DNA of 42,967 bases from a virus. Its lineage: Duplodnaviria; Heunggongvirae; Uroviricota; Caudoviricetes. Under the pieces are notes generated by a model. The model was not told the origin of the DNA. It saw only the letters and a program-made list of their open reading frames with translations, and searched no databases. This document shows, piece by piece, positions 18,659-29,162 of the stretch (positions are counted from its first letter, which is position 1; each line of letters opens with the position of its first letter). A program made the position numbers and the translations under genes. Location: the IMG/VR virus record IMGVR_UViG_2563366803_000007, positions 1 to 42,967 of that record, one strand, 5' to 3'.

Positions 18659-19879
18659 TTATCCTTTGCGGTTAGACCAGAAGTCGGCGTTTTGTTTGTT
18701 CAGGGAAGCGATGCTGGTCATGCCCATATTTGGACGTTGTGCATCGCCCGTGGTGCTGCGGGTGTTTCGCCCTTTGGCAATCTCAGACACGGCGTTAAAC
18801 GCCATATCGACCGATTGCTTGGGCAATTTGCGTATATCCGCATCACCGACAACCTGGCGAACCAGTGTTTTGTCAGCGGCAGCCAGCACATCACGTTTGA
18901 ACGCGGTCGGTTTCACCTTACGGCTCAGATCGATACCCGGCATGATAACTTCGGCACGCCAGGCTGAGTCACCAGTAATCGTGGTTTCCTCTTCATCGTC
19001 CTCGCCGTCACCGGTCGGATTATCGTCAGGCTTATTGTCGTTATCGCCCGTCGCATTTCCTTCCAGCTTAGCCAGCAGGGCTTTCAGTAATGTTTTGAGG
19101 TCATCATCACTGTCGCCGGTTGGACCTCCGCCCATCTCTGGTGCTTTATCCGGTAGTGGTTGCTGCGGGGACAGGTTGATGTTGAGATTAACGCCCTGCG
19201 GCAAATCCCCCTCATCTCCTGTAACTGATGCGGGAGCCGACTCCACCAGTTCGTTCATGGTGTCAGCGTCACCCGTTTTGATGGCCGTGCGCATGCGGGT
19301 CCACCAGCTTTTCTTTTGATTTGCCATTGTGTCTCTGTCTCCAATTGCACAACGATTTCCGGCTCTGCCTTTAGGGACAAGAGCCACATGGTTTCCGGTA
19401 ATATCGACCTGCTCGGCTTTACCTGGCTCGGTCTGCTCGTACTCCGCGTCATAGCCGCACGACACTTCGCGCAGACCATCTTCGATAAGCTGAATGGCGC
19501 TTTCGTCTTTGACGATAAGGTCTGCCAGCATCAAATCAGACTGGTCACCAGTCCCGCGCCGCACGTTCTGAAGATGCCCGACAGCAAGCTCTTTCCAGTT
19601 CTCGGGATTTACCAGCCCCACATTCCCGTTTTCATCTTCAGGATGCAGGATCGTGATGCTCATCCCTTCGAATGAGGCGAGCGTGGCCGGATGGAATACC
19701 TGCTCAGGAGAGCGCGTTACGACTATCTCACCGAGCTTGTCTGGTTTGAGGTTTGGCAGATCGGCAGCGCCGTAGAGCTGTTTACCCGTTCGACCTATCG
19801 GCACGTCTTTGCACAACAGAGAGCCGTCAGCCAGCTGATAGCGGGTTTCCCCCAGCCGGGTATTGAAAAAATATTTCAT
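18659..19879 (-). CDS. Scaffold-like head protein with acidic low-complexity central region (406 aa)
   Basis: Position between head morphogenesis and capsid genes; D/E-rich linker. Confidence 0.5.
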   Translation of the reverse strand: MKYFFNTRLGETRYQLADGSLLCKDVPIGRTGKQLYGAADLPNLKPDKLGEIVVTRSPEQVFHPATLASFEGMSITILHPEDENGNVGLVNPENWKELAVGHLQNVRRGTGDQSDLMLADLIVKDESAIQLIEDGLREVSCGYDAEYEQTEPGKAEQVDITGNHVALVPKGRAGNRCAIGDRDTMANQKKSWWTRMRTAIKTGDADTMNELVESAPASVTGDEGDLPQGVNLNINLSPQQPLPDKAPEMGGGPTGDSDDDLKTLLKALLAKLEGNATGDNDNKPDDNPTGDGEDDEEETTITGDSAWRAEVIMPGIDLSRKVKPTAFKRDVLAAADKTLVRQVVGDADIRKLPKQSVDMAFNAVSEIAKGRNTRSTTGDAQRPNMGMTSIASLNKQNADFWSNRKG

Positions 19880-19893
19880 GGTTTACCTGCGAT

Positions 19894-20667
19894 TCAGGCG
19901 AGATAAGAATGAGGGTTGGGGAAGACGATCTCTTTGTAACAGCGACAGTTCGGGAGCTCGCCAGCATGACCGGTCATGCCGTCAAGCGTAGGGGGTCGGC
20001 CCCATTCGACAAACTTGCCCTCCATCTCACGATGAGAGTGCCGGACGTCGCCATCTTCGGCTGTACGCCAGATATAACCATTCGAGCCGATTGACAGCGC
20101 ACGCGCCTGATCCAGCGCGCCGGTTGCGCGTCCAAGCTCGGTACGGGCGATAAGGTTCGCTCGTGAGCGTGACACGTCACCGGACGCAGCTATCTCTTTC
20201 GCGAATGGCTCAGCGCGGCCACCAGTCACAACGGCCTCGATGGCTTTGTTCTGAATGTCATACACCCGATCGGCGGCCTCAAGAGGCAGCGATTTGATGT
20301 ACTTAATTTGCTCAGCGACGATGGATTTCATCACCTGGCCTACCGGGGCGCGGTCGACCATGTTGCGCAGCTCTGAACTGATGTTCCGGCTGTGCTGACG
20401 CCACTGCTTTTCATTCTGGCGTGCAATGTCGGCGGTAAAGTTCTCAGCTACCTTCGTCGCCCAGGGGGTGATGATTTCACTGTAGCGTTCCAGCGCCTCA
20501 ATAATTTCCGTGATACTGTCATTTGAACCATCGTAGCGACCATTTACGATGTCCCCGACCGCCCGCGCTATCCTGCGTAGACTGGTTCGATACCGGATTT
20601 CCGCCTGACGGTTCCTGCGGTTCGTCATCAGGTTCGCCGATGCCGGGCGGCGCTTCGTCTTCGGCAT
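19894..20667 (-). CDS. Head morphogenesis protein (Mu F / SPP1 gp7 family; 257 aa, start uncertain)
   Basis: C-terminal block GHAGELPNCRC typical of this family; follows the portal gene. Confidence 0.65.
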   Translation of the reverse strand: MPKTKRRPASANLMTNRRNRQAEIRYRTSLRRIARAVGDIVNGRYDGSNDSITEIIEALERYSEIITPWATKVAENFTADIARQNEKQWRQHSRNISSELRNMVDRAPVGQVMKSIVAEQIKYIKSLPLEAADRVYDIQNKAIEAVVTGGRAEPFAKEIAASGDVSRSRANLIARTELGRATGALDQARALSIGSNGYIWRTAEDGDVRHSHREMEGKFVEWGRPPTLDGMTGHAGELPNCRCYKEIVFPNPHSYLA

Positions 20668-21985
20668 TCTCTATGTCCTCGTCGGTAATGGATGCCCCGA
20701 TGCCGGTTACGTCAGAATTTTCGCGCAAATCGGTCATAGCGGCTTTCAGTGTCATCAGACCATCACCCAGCGCCGTACTGATTGCGTTGGTAGTGTTTAA
20801 CGCCACCGTTGAGCGATCGACATCAGACATTTGCCAGAGCGGGTTAAACTCAAACGTGAAATCGTCCGGCAGCGGCTTGCCAAGTTCCGAGCGGTGCATG
20901 ATGTCCAGTATCCGCCGCACCGGAAGACGTAAACGTCTCTCCTGCAACGAACTGATGCGGTCGTAATAGTTGGCAAGGTCTGCATCGCCGGTAGAAAATC
21001 CCTTCGGGGACTGTCCGAACAACCGCACCAGTGGGATACCAACAGCGCCACTAATCTGTTCTGCAAACTGTGAAAGGATGTCATCCAGACCACTGAAGCT
21101 GTACTGATGCGTTTCAAACTTATCCCGCGAGTCCATGAGCGTCATGCCTTCATTGCTCTGGAACTGTCGAATCAGGTCGATATTCTTCAGCAACGCTTCA
21201 TACGCAGGACCACCAAGTGCGATAAGCTCGCGTAGCTTCTCCACGCTGTAGGTACGCAAATGCGCCTTGTAGACCAGCTGCGCCGCGCCGACAGTGGCGC
21301 TATCGAACGCAGTAAGCCGATCCCAGATACGCTCTACAACCGACATTCCCCATTCGTTTTCGGTCATCTTCTGCTGGAATGGCAGCGTCACCCCGTCGAA
21401 GCGAATCAGGCGGCTGTGATGGATGCGCCAGGCCGGGATGCCCGTTGCAGTGGTCACCACGTCGTAAAACTCAGGTTTACCCAGGTCCGGCCCCATCTCT
21501 TTAATGCGGCGGGTCAGCACCGGGTTAATCATCCAGCGGTCGAGCGGGAGAATACCCTTAAACTTGCCTTCTCCAATGGTTTCGAGCCGCAACGGGGTCA
21601 TTGGTGCCTGCCCCTCAATCATGATGAAGCCAACCGCGCCGCCGTAGAGACGCGACCATTTCAGCACGTCGTTCAGCGCATCCCAGATCTGCAACTCATC
21701 CAGCTGCGCTTCCAGGGTGCCACGGTCTTTGGCGTCAATCTCCGAAGTGATGCGAATGCCTTTCCGGGTCATATCGTCCGGGATAGCGTCGACCGCTTCG
21801 CCGATGATCCAGGACGAACGATAGGACCATTCCACCAGCATGCGGTTGCGGCTGGTGAAGTTAGCCCGGTAGGTCGATGCTGAGTGCTGGTTAGGCGTCT
21901 GCATCCCCACGCGGGCGACAAAGTTCTCATAGCCATCAGCGGTGGCCTGTGCCGTTCGCTGAGAGGCTTGCTTGTTTCGCGCCAT
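20519..21985 (-). CDS. Portal protein (488 aa)
   Basis: Size and position immediately after terminase large subunit; start overlaps terminase stop. Confidence 0.7.
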   Translation of the reverse strand: MARNKQASQRTAQATADGYENFVARVGMQTPNQHSASTYRANFTSRNRMLVEWSYRSSWIIGEAVDAIPDDMTRKGIRITSEIDAKDRGTLEAQLDELQIWDALNDVLKWSRLYGGAVGFIMIEGQAPMTPLRLETIGEGKFKGILPLDRWMINPVLTRRIKEMGPDLGKPEFYDVVTTATGIPAWRIHHSRLIRFDGVTLPFQQKMTENEWGMSVVERIWDRLTAFDSATVGAAQLVYKAHLRTYSVEKLRELIALGGPAYEALLKNIDLIRQFQSNEGMTLMDSRDKFETHQYSFSGLDDILSQFAEQISGAVGIPLVRLFGQSPKGFSTGDADLANYYDRISSLQERRLRLPVRRILDIMHRSELGKPLPDDFTFEFNPLWQMSDVDRSTVALNTTNAISTALGDGLMTLKAAMTDLRENSDVTGIGASITDEDIENAEDEAPPGIGEPDDEPQEPSGGNPVSNQSTQDSAGGRGHRKWSLRWFK

Positions 21986-23607
21986 CAGGCCTGTCTCCCT
22001 AGCAGCTCCCAGATGTTCAGGGCTGAATTCATTGGTGCGTAGCTGATCATCACCGAGTCGGCGAGGTTCGGCGACTTGGTGCCGTCAGGCTGTTTATCAA
22101 TAACGATTTTCCCCACTCCGTTAATGGAGTAGGTCGGCTGCGACAGCTCGATGATGAGTTTGTCTTTGCTCGCCATGGCGCTGCTGATTGAGATGATTTC
22201 GTCCGGGTTGTAGGCCATGCCCTCAACCACGGCACGGTAGGTGTTCTGGAAAAGTTTACGTAACCGCCACCAGCTCTGGGCTTTGGCGTTAGCGAAGAAG
22301 TCCTTGTTCAGACGTGCGGCTTGCCCGTTGTCCCCGCGAACAGCTTCATCATCCGGATCAAATACCGCGCCACTACCTCGAAACGGTGTGGCGAGTATTG
22401 ACGGTCGACGCGCAGCGTTACGCAGTTCGTTGATAGCGCGTGCATCGCCGCGAACGCCAGCGCCCAGCCCGTCCTCGTCAAAGCGAAACTCTTCGAGGTT
22501 GTCCTGTTCGCAAAAGCCGAAGACCTTCTCAACGGACTGGTAAATGTCGCTGCCCACGCCGGACCATTCCCGCACGTTCTCCAGGAGGAAGCCGTGACGG
22601 GTCGAAAAGGCGTTTTTGTCCCGGCCTTCGTCGGCGACGTCCATCGCGCCCAGTCGCTTGCCTGTTGGCTGGATGCCCAGCTTGATATGCGCGTCGACAG
22701 CAGCCTGTACCCAGTCGGATGGGATCAGGACGCCTTCCGCTGATGCGCTGTAGTTCAGATCAAGTTCCTGTGCCACCACCACCGGATTATCGATTTTCTC
22801 GCATTCCCTGCGATACCACTCTTCATCCTTGCGAGGATCATCCCGCCAGTGGAATGTGAATACCGGTATCTTCCCGCCATGACGCTTCTGAGCGAACGGG
22901 TTCGCCATGCCGTTAACTGAACTCAGGTCAATACGGCAACGCGTCGTTTGTGACAACGCCGCATCAATCAGCAGAGGACGCTGAAGGAATGCAGCCTCAT
23001 CAACCAGATAAAGCGTGGTACGGTCACCACGACCAATATTATCGCCAGCCTCGCCTTTGATAACGGCACCAGTTTCAGGAAACTCAACACGCATATATGG
23101 CGCGTGCTTCTTCTCGCTCCACGAACCGCGAAACTCTACAGGTAGTGTTTCCACGAACTTGCGCGCCTTCCAGAACAATGCTTTCGGGTCACCGGTGCTG
23201 TCGACGTATTCCTCTTTACGGGAGCCGAAACCGATAACCATTTCTTTGTTGAAGAGACAAAGCGAGCAGGCCAGTCCGATCGCGGTCCAACTGAGCCCCA
23301 TTTCACGGGATTTTTCGGTAATACCATTCTCCCGATTGCCCCAGCGTTCCATAATCCAGTGGATCCACTCCTCCTGCTTAGGGAAGAGTAAAAACGGAAT
23401 GGTCACCGGCAGGCCATAATCAATATTACGCGGGTCCGTTGTCATGCCCCAGTCGATGATGAACTGAGCCGGATTGGTTCGGTAAAACTGTTTTAGTGCA
23501 GGCAATATTTCAGGATTCTGGCGAATGCGTTGTAGGCGTTCCATCCGCCATTCAAAAACCATCTGGTAATCAGGATGTTTAAAATCGAAGGGAAATGGTA
23601 ACGGCAT
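21985..23607 (-). CDS. Terminase large subunit (540 aa)
   Basis: Size, position after small subunit, ATPase-like region LYLVDEAAF. Confidence 0.85.
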   Translation of the reverse strand: MPLPFPFDFKHPDYQMVFEWRMERLQRIRQNPEILPALKQFYRTNPAQFIIDWGMTTDPRNIDYGLPVTIPFLLFPKQEEWIHWIMERWGNRENGITEKSREMGLSWTAIGLACSLCLFNKEMVIGFGSRKEEYVDSTGDPKALFWKARKFVETLPVEFRGSWSEKKHAPYMRVEFPETGAVIKGEAGDNIGRGDRTTLYLVDEAAFLQRPLLIDAALSQTTRCRIDLSSVNGMANPFAQKRHGGKIPVFTFHWRDDPRKDEEWYRRECEKIDNPVVVAQELDLNYSASAEGVLIPSDWVQAAVDAHIKLGIQPTGKRLGAMDVADEGRDKNAFSTRHGFLLENVREWSGVGSDIYQSVEKVFGFCEQDNLEEFRFDEDGLGAGVRGDARAINELRNAARRPSILATPFRGSGAVFDPDDEAVRGDNGQAARLNKDFFANAKAQSWWRLRKLFQNTYRAVVEGMAYNPDEIISISSAMASKDKLIIELSQPTYSINGVGKIVIDKQPDGTKSPNLADSVMISYAPMNSALNIWELLGRQA

Positions 23608-23609
23608 AC

Positions 23610-24179
23610 TTAGCCCATCATTTTTCTATACGCCTCTGCAGCCTGCTCCGGCGTTAAGTTGGTAATTTCTGTTCTGACTGGTCCTCCATCGGCGCCAGTC
23701 ACTTCATTTTTGACGTTGTCTTTAAACGCCTGAACAGAAACATGGCGCCCAAGCAACTCAAGGTTTTTAACCTTATCAGGCCATTTAATCTTCTTCAGGA
23801 TGCCAACCATCTCTCGGTCATCGCCGCGTCCTTCGAACATTTCCGCAAGATCAAATCCACTGAGGTAGCGCCGCCATGATGCAGGCCACTCAGAGACAGG
23901 CTTCAGACTCATGTCATCAGTCATGATGTCGAGCACGTCCATTTGGTCTATCTCAACCAAGCGTCGCAGAACATAGGCGGCATCGATACCAGTCTGCTCA
24001 ATGCGGGCTGCCTTAAGTTCGGCGACAAAGTTTTGGACATTAACATTTGCTAACAGGCGTGATGCTTGTTCATTGGCAGTCTTCTCGCTGTAACCCGCCC
24101 TGATAGCTGCCTGTGTGGCGTTTAAATCTTTCAGGTACTCACGGGCAAACAGCTCTTGTTTGTCTGTGAGCTTTGCCAT
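23610..24179 (-). CDS. Terminase small subunit (189 aa)
   Basis: N-terminus [31 protein letters not shown] typical of small terminase subunits. Confidence 0.75.
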   Translation of the reverse strand: MAKLTDKQELFAREYLKDLNATQAAIRAGYSEKTANEQASRLLANVNVQNFVAELKAARIEQTGIDAAYVLRRLVEIDQMDVLDIMTDDMSLKPVSEWPASWRRYLSGFDLAEMFEGRGDDREMVGILKKIKWPDKVKNLELLGRHVSVQAFKDNVKNEVTGADGGPVRTEITNLTPEQAAEAYRKMMG

Positions 24180-24404
24180 TATTGGCTCCGTTTATCCGTT
24201 AAAAGGGATATCAGTTAAGTTATCCCGTAGGGTATAAGCCATTGTCGAGACCACTCATTGAATGGCCTCTGCAATAACCGATGTCTTTCCATCAGTCCGC
24301 CACCACAAAGAATCTTTTTTGCCATAAGGCTGGAGGTTCATCTTTCAGTGGCTGCCAGTGTTATTTCCCCACTTTCTGGCTTGGGTTGTTTCGCTGTACT
24401 GCCG

Positions 24405-24947
24405 TTAATTGGTGAGTCCGGGGATTACGGTTTGCCCGTGCTGTTCAAGGCGTTCAATTCTCGCCAGTAGCTGAGGCTTCTTAATTTTTCCCCAGCGATT
24501 AAGCAGGCGGCCTGACATGCTGGCAACATCCTTCTCTTTCATGTACTCCAGCATTACGGCATTTCTCTCTTCTTCAAATTGACGATGACCAACCTGAAGC
24601 ATGGCGTACATCCAGTTGAATGCGTTGATGTAAGCAATTTTGATACGCATTGCTTCTTTTTTGGTGTAGGACATAACCAAAAGCATCAACCCATCCTTGC
24701 GGAGACGGTAGAATTTTTGCGGCTTACCATTCTGTAACTCATTGTTTTTATAGCAAAGCTCAAAGTTGAGCTTTGTATCAAACTCAGGAGGGCAAGCTTC
24801 TATGGTTCGCTCAATGTCACGGACTACGTTCTTCGGCAGCTTTCCAAATGCTTTTGCCACCATAAAAGAATCTGTAACCGGATCGTTGTTTGCTACAAAA
24901 ATTAGGTCTCTGAAATCTATATCGTTAACAACGGTTGGGTAGTTCAT
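24405..24947 (-). CDS. Rha-family phage regulatory protein (180 aa from ATG at 24945..24947)
   Basis: N-terminal block VTDSFMVAKAFGKLPKNVVRDIERTIE resembles the Rha domain; track ORF starts at an upstream GTG. Confidence 0.65.
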   Translation of the reverse strand: MNYPTVVNDIDFRDLIFVANNDPVTDSFMVAKAFGKLPKNVVRDIERTIEACPPEFDTKLNFELCYKNNELQNGKPQKFYRLRKDGLMLLVMSYTKKEAMRIKIAYINAFNWMYAMLQVGHRQFEEERNAVMLEYMKEKDVASMSGRLLNRWGKIKKPQLLARIERLEQHGQTVIPGLTN

Positions 24948-25090
24948 AGCGTCTTTACCTTTTAGAAAGTGAGCCTGTCTCACAGAAAAGCCGCCCGAGA
25001 GAGGTCGCCACCTATAACGGCATTTCTCAGGCTCGCTTACTGAAAGGCTCTCGTTAATATGCGCGTGAGATGCGCGTTTACTGCGGACAT

Positions 25091-25113
25091 AAAAAAGCCC
25101 CGCATCGCGAGGC
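25091..25113 (-). terminator. Putative rho-independent terminator downstream of Rz
   Basis: Minus-strand hairpin GCCTCGC-GAT-GCGGGGC followed by TTTTTT. Confidence 0.45.
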
Positions 25114-25145
25114 TCATTAAATGGACTTTGTGATTTGCAAAAAAA

Positions 25146-25604
25146 TTATTTCAGGCATTGCGTCCTGATGTATTCCTGCAGGTAGTTGACCTGTGCGGTT
25201 ATCTTGTCGATTCCACTTCGGAGACGGTAATAATTGAGTTCAGCATCTGCTGTAAGTCCTGGGCTTTCTCCATCGCCCATGCCGCTGGCTCCGGTCGTTG
25301 ACTTTGCACAGGTGGCGGCGACTTGCAGGCGCTTACGCCCAGCAGAAACATCAGCACGGAGACTTTCGATAGTCGCGTTAGCATCAGCAAGCTCCTTTAT
25401 GTATCTTGCGTCGAGTTCTGCTACATCACGTTGACGCTTCCGCATGTCAGCGATGGTGGCGTTCGCCTTCTCCAGTTCACTGGCCTTGTTATCGCGCTGC
25501 TCTTTGTAGGCGATTGCGTTATCACGGTAATGATTAACAGCCCATGACAGGCAAACGATGATGCAGATAACCAGAGCGGAGATAATCGCGGTTACTCTGC
25601 TCAT
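25146..25604 (-). CDS. Rz: Spanin inner-membrane subunit Rz (152 aa)
   Basis: N-terminus [31 protein letters not shown] as remembered for lambda Rz. Confidence 0.9.
   Translation of the reverse strand: MSRVTAIISALVICIIVCLSWAVNHYRDNAIAYKEQRDNKASELEKANATIADMRKRQRDVAELDARYIKELADANATIESLRADVSAGRKRLQVAATCAKSTTGASGMGDGESPGLTADAELNYYRLRSGIDKITAQVNYLQEYIRTQCLK
25199..25390 (-). CDS. Rz1: Spanin outer-membrane lipoprotein Rz1, embedded in Rz in another frame (start uncertain)
   Basis: Embedded ORF with lipobox-like LLGVSAC followed by Pro-rich segment. Confidence 0.55.
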   Translation of the reverse strand: MLMLTRLSKVSVLMFLLGVSACKSPPPVQSQRPEPAAWAMEKAQDLQQMLNSIITVSEVESTR

Positions 25605-26077
25605 ACCTCAATCTCTCTGACCGTTCCGCCAGCTTCTTTGAATTTTGCAATCAGGCTGTCAGCCTTATGCTCGAACTGACCATAACCAGCCCCCGGCAGT
25701 GAAGCCCAGATATTGCTGCAACGGTCGATTGCCTGACGAATATCACCGTGGTCAATCATCGGTAAAGCGCCACGCTCTTTAATCTGTTGCAGTGCCACAG
25801 CGTCCTGGCTTTTCGGAGAGAAGTCTTTCAGGCCAAGCTGCTTACGATAGGCATCCCACCAACGGGAAAGAAGCTGGTAGCGTCCGGCGGCTGTTGATTT
25901 GAGTTTGGGGTTTAGCGTGACAAGTTTGCGAGGGTGATCGGAGTAATCAGTGAATAGCTCTCCTCCTACAATGACGTCATAACCATGATTTCTGGTTTTC
26001 TGACGTCCGTTATCAGTTCCCTCTGACCACGCCAGCATATCGAGGAACGCCTTACGTTGATTATTGATTTCCACCAT
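25601..26077 (-). CDS. R: Endolysin R (lambda-type lytic transglycosylase, 158 aa)
   Basis: Matches lambda R from memory ([24 protein letters not shown]...). Confidence 0.95.
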   Translation of the reverse strand: MVEINNQRKAFLDMLAWSEGTDNGRQKTRNHGYDVIVGGELFTDYSDHPRKLVTLNPKLKSTAAGRYQLLSRWWDAYRKQLGLKDFSPKSQDAVALQQIKERGALPMIDHGDIRQAIDRCSNIWASLPGAGYGQFEHKADSLIAKFKEAGGTVREIEV

Positions 26078-26384
26078 CTTCTATTCCGGCTTTTTTAGCA
26101 GCGAAGCGTTTGATAAGCGAACCAATCGAGTCAGTACCGATGTAGCCGATGAACACGCTCGTTATATAAGCGAGATTGCTACTTAGTCCGGCGAAGTCGA
26201 GAAGGTCACGAATGAACCAGGCGATAATGGCGCACATCGTTGCGTCGATTACTGTTTTTGTAAACGCACCGCCATTATATCTGCCGCGAAGGTACGCCAT
26301 TGCAAACGCAAGGATTGCCCCGATGCCTTGTTCCTTTGCCGCGAGAATGGCGGCTAACAGGTCATGTTTTTCTGGCATCTTCAT
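26061..26384 (-). CDS. S: Holin S (107 aa)
   Basis: Matches lambda S from memory ([22 protein letters not shown]...); dual-start motif MKM. Confidence 0.95.
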   Translation of the reverse strand: MKMPEKHDLLAAILAAKEQGIGAILAFAMAYLRGRYNGGAFTKTVIDATMCAIIAWFIRDLLDFAGLSSNLAYITSVFIGYIGTDSIGSLIKRFAAKKAGIEDGGNQ

Positions 26385-26626
26385 GTCTTAGCCCCAATAA
26401 GGGGATTTGCTCTATTTAATTAGGAATAAGGTCGATTACTGATAGAACAAATCCAGACTACTGTGTTTAGTAATCAGATTTGTTCGTGACCGATATGCAC
26501 GGGCAAAACGGCATGAGGTTGTTAGCGCAACCTCCTGCCACCCTCTTTCACGAAGGTCATGTGTAGAAGGCCGCAGCGTAACTATCACTGATGAGTTCAG
26601 GATAGCCAGTGGCTACGGCTCAGTTA

Positions 26627-26702
26627 TGGTGCTGGTTAACGGACTTGAACCGCTACCCATTCGCTTACAAGGCGACTGCTCTACCATTGGAGCTAAACCA
26701 GC
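26627..26702 (-). tRNA. tRNA-Thr (anticodon UGU), phage-encoded
   Basis: Manual cloverleaf: 7-bp acceptor stem GCTGGTT/AACCAGC, D stem GCTC/GAGC, anticodon loop CTTGTAA, T loop TTCAAGT, 3' ACCA encoded. Confidence 0.6.
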
Positions 26703-26707
26703 ATATT

Positions 26708-26782
26708 TGGCGGGACAGCGTGGACTCGAACCACGATAAGAAGGTTAACAGCCTTCCGTAATGACCTTTATACGACTGACCC
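26708..26782 (-). tRNA. tRNA-Asn-like (anticodon GUU), possibly degenerate
   Basis: Manual cloverleaf: anticodon stem GAAGG/CCTTC, loop CTGTTAA, T arm CGTGG-TTCGAGT-CCACG, CCA encoded; one mismatch each in acceptor and D stems. Confidence 0.45.
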
Positions 26783-26873
26783 AAATAAAAAAAGCCACCG
26801 TTGCAACTTAAGAGTCACTAACGGCAGCTTATGCGAATAGTGTTGCTCATTTGCTCAATGATGTCAACACGTT

Positions 26874-27362
26874 CTATGCTACATGTTTAATTTTCTCTAC
26901 ACGTTTCCGGTTTTTAAACGCACTATCCAGAACCGGGTAAATCATAAACAACGAGGCATTGAGGATTTCGTCAACTTCCCGTCGACAGGTTGCGAGCGAT
27001 GGTTTTTGAATGCGCCCGCCGCCCCGGCATAACATCTTGCGAGGTCTTGCGACGCGATGATAGTAAGATGCAATGGCGTGCTTGGAAGAGCCGTGGGCGT
27101 AGTAGCTGAGGAGGATGCCAAAGGCTTTCTTGTCAATGTACATGACGGAATCGACGACCTGAGAAATCAACATTCCATCATCATCATTACACATTGGCCT
27201 TGTCATAACTCTTCCCGGCTCTACGCTCTCCATGAACTTCGCTATTACGCTGCTCATGCGCTTTTCCAGGCGGCCTGAATAAACCCATGCGCCCCACAGT
27301 TCAAGCCAGCCATTCAGCCACTCATGCTGTTCTTTGGTGAGGTTTAGTTCTCTTATGCCCAT
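26874..27362 (-). CDS. Late-gene antiterminator Q-like protein (162 aa from ATG at 27360..27362); not lambda Q
   Basis: Position between ninG and the lysis cassette; GGGAGAAGG RBS; Cys-containing C-terminal region. Confidence 0.6.
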   Translation of the reverse strand: MGIRELNLTKEQHEWLNGWLELWGAWVYSGRLEKRMSSVIAKFMESVEPGRVMTRPMCNDDDGMLISQVVDSVMYIDKKAFGILLSYYAHGSSKHAIASYYHRVARPRKMLCRGGGRIQKPSLATCRREVDEILNASLFMIYPVLDSAFKNRKRVEKIKHVA

Positions 27363-27405
27363 GCGCCTTCTCCCTTGTGATCTGGAATGGTTTTTACTGA
27401 GAACG

Positions 27406-28011
27406 TCATGCGGCCTCACTTCTGCTGTTTCGCAGGTCTTTGAGTTTCTGCTGATACTCCGCCTTGATGGCCCTGCACTCTTCGACAGTCCAGCGATGGC
27501 GGTTATGGTTTGATTCGATTTCGTCTACTGCTTCCTGCCCGATGCGGTTAATCAGTTCGACGCGATACGGAACGAGATTTCCGCTTTTGTGCTGGTTGCA
27601 CACCACGCATTGCTTGTGAATATTGCGTTCATCAAATCGGAGTTGAGGTGCCGCAGCAGTTGTCCGGTAATGCCCGGCATCCCACTGAGCAGACGTGAGC
27701 GTTCCGCACGAGATACATGGTAAGTCGCGGTCTCTTTCTCTGATGAAGGCGTTTACGGCTTGTTGGGCTTGTTTAATCCAGTAACTGCGGGGCTTTAAGG
27801 CGAGTTTTCGAATCTTAAGTTTATCTTTCTGTTTCTGCTCCTCTCGTCGTCGTTTCTTCTCTGCTGCTTTTTCCGCTTTTTTTCGCTGTTTACTTTGTAG
27901 TTTGAGTGCTAACTGAGTTCCGTGTTCCGGGCAGCACCACCACTGATTTGAGAATGCCGGGTGAAACCATTCCTTGCATATTTTGCATTTCCTTCGCGCT
28001 GGTTTAGCCAT
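27406..28011 (-). CDS. ninG: NinG/Rap recombination-promoting nuclease (201 aa)
   Basis: Near-identical to lambda NinG as remembered (MAKPARR...[44 protein letters not shown]). Confidence 0.9.
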   Translation of the reverse strand: MAKPARRKCKICKEWFHPAFSNQWWCCPEHGTQLALKLQSKQRKKAEKAAEKKRRREEQKQKDKLKIRKLALKPRSYWIKQAQQAVNAFIRERDRDLPCISCGTLTSAQWDAGHYRTTAAAPQLRFDERNIHKQCVVCNQHKSGNLVPYRVELINRIGQEAVDEIESNHNRHRWTVEECRAIKAEYQQKLKDLRNSRSEAA

Positions 28012-28180
28012 CGTCTTCTTCCTCGTGCATCGAGCTATTCGGATCGCTCATCAGTTCTGCGCAGCAGTGCTCACACACGTGAACTTCCAGCACATGCAGC
28101 TTCTGACCGCAGTTAGCGCACGTTAAAGCCCGCTCGACGCTTTCTTTCTGGTATTGAATGGATTGGGATGGGCTAAGCAT
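28004..28180 (-). CDS. ninF: NinF (58 aa from internal ATG)
   Basis: [40 protein letters not shown] matches lambda NinF from memory. Confidence 0.75.
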   Translation of the reverse strand: MLSPSQSIQYQKESVERALTCANCGQKLHVLEVHVCEHCCAELMSDPNSSMHEEEDDG

Positions 28181-28580
28181 GGCTTTCACCATTAAAAAGT
28201 CGCTTGTAAGCATCAATGTCTCGTTTTGCTTCACCGAGCTTTCGTCTTAATTCCATGTTTTCTGATTCAAGCTTTTCCATGTCTTGTTGGTATCGATCGC
28301 GGTGTTCTTTCCATGCTTTTCGATACGCCTTCATGTATGTCGTATTGGCCTTTCTCTTTGCCTGACGAACCGCATGGTGGTTTTTCACAAACCAGTCAGG
28401 GTCGTTAAATGCTGCTCTGGCGCAGGTATACCAATAATTTGTTGCCTCCCTGTTTAGCCAATAAATACTGATAAATGGCAACCGGATAGACACTATTTTT
28501 CGTTGATACTCTTTCTCGCCGAACATGTGCCCTTTTTTGATGCTAAGGCCAAATCCAGGTTGAATTAAAAGCATTGTCAT
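28173..28580 (-). CDS. Hypothetical nin-region protein (135 aa), basic coiled-coil C-terminus
   Basis: ATG overlaps the ninE stop (ATGA); no recognised family. Confidence 0.45.
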   Translation of the reverse strand: MTMLLIQPGFGLSIKKGHMFGEKEYQRKIVSIRLPFISIYWLNREATNYWYTCARAAFNDPDWFVKNHHAVRQAKRKANTTYMKAYRKAWKEHRDRYQQDMEKLESENMELRRKLGEAKRDIDAYKRLFNGESHA

Positions 28581-28753
28581 TTCCTCGCACGATGTCTTAG
28601 CCACCGGATATCCCACAGGTGAGCCGTGTAGTTGAAGGTTTTTACGTCAGATTCTTTTGGGATTGGCTTGCGTTTATTTCTGGAGCGTTTCGTTGGAAGG
28701 TATTTGCAGTTTTCGCAGATGATGTCGGTGATGCTTCGTCGCTGTCGTCTCAT
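28577..28753 (-). CDS. ninE: NinE (58 aa)
   Basis: [58 protein letters not shown] matches lambda NinE from memory; ATGA overlap with ninB. Confidence 0.8.
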   Translation of the reverse strand: MRRQRRSITDIICENCKYLPTKRSRNKRKPIPKESDVKTFNYTAHLWDIRWLRHRARK

Positions 28754-29160
28754 TCGTACCTCCTGTCGGTAAATCTGACACCCTGACCAATAGCCCATGC
28801 TGTCGTGTACTCAATCAGGCTTGCCATGCGCTTCACGCTCATCTGCGCGCTACTTTCGCGAATGTTGACGTATTCGCCTTCAAGCCCGGGCAAAACATCA
28901 GCTTCCTGCTTTGTTGCCACTGCATGACCGCTGATCAACAAAACCTTCCATTGTTCCGGTTTTAACCATTTTCCGCACCATTGAACCTGACGAGCGATAT
29001 CCGCCAGCATCGCGTGAAATTTTGCGTTCTGGTCAAGATTTCGCTTGTAGTCAGTAATGCGGATCGTGACTGGCTTGTCTTTATCGAGAGGAGTTGAGAG
29101 GATGGCATTTATTGCGGCTTGCTGTTGTTGCTTACTTCGGAGGAAGATTGTCTGCTTCAT
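28750..29160 (-). CDS. ninB: NinB-family recombination mediator (136 aa)
   Basis: Shared blocks with lambda NinB (RSLDQN, QWCGKWL region) and position at the head of the nin region. Confidence 0.6.
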   Translation of the reverse strand: MKQTIFLRSKQQQQAAINAILSTPLDKDKPVTIRITDYKRNLDQNAKFHAMLADIARQVQWCGKWLKPEQWKVLLISGHAVATKQEADVLPGLEGEYVNIRESSAQMSVKRMASLIEYTTAWAIGQGVRFTDRRYE

Positions 29161-29162
29161 CG

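Noticed and set aside
18645-19319. 224-aa plus-strand ORF inside the scaffold gene, and similar antisense ORFs in portal and terminase genes (20523..20966, 21260..21883, 22241..22685)
   Set aside because: Lie antisense within well-supported, tightly packed late genes in GC-rich sequence; no RBS
26515-26535. Hairpin GAGGTTG-TTAGCG-CAACCTC as a tR'-like late terminator
   Set aside because: Palindromic on both strands and followed by only a short T-run; too weak to call without folding energy
26838-26868. TTGACA hexamer downstream of Q as the late promoter PR'
   Set aside because: No convincing -10 element at 16-19 bp spacing
26385-26873. Possible Shiga-toxin or other cargo genes between Q and the holin
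   Set aside because: The interval is under 500 bp and holds only two tRNA-like genes and hairpins; no ORF of toxin size
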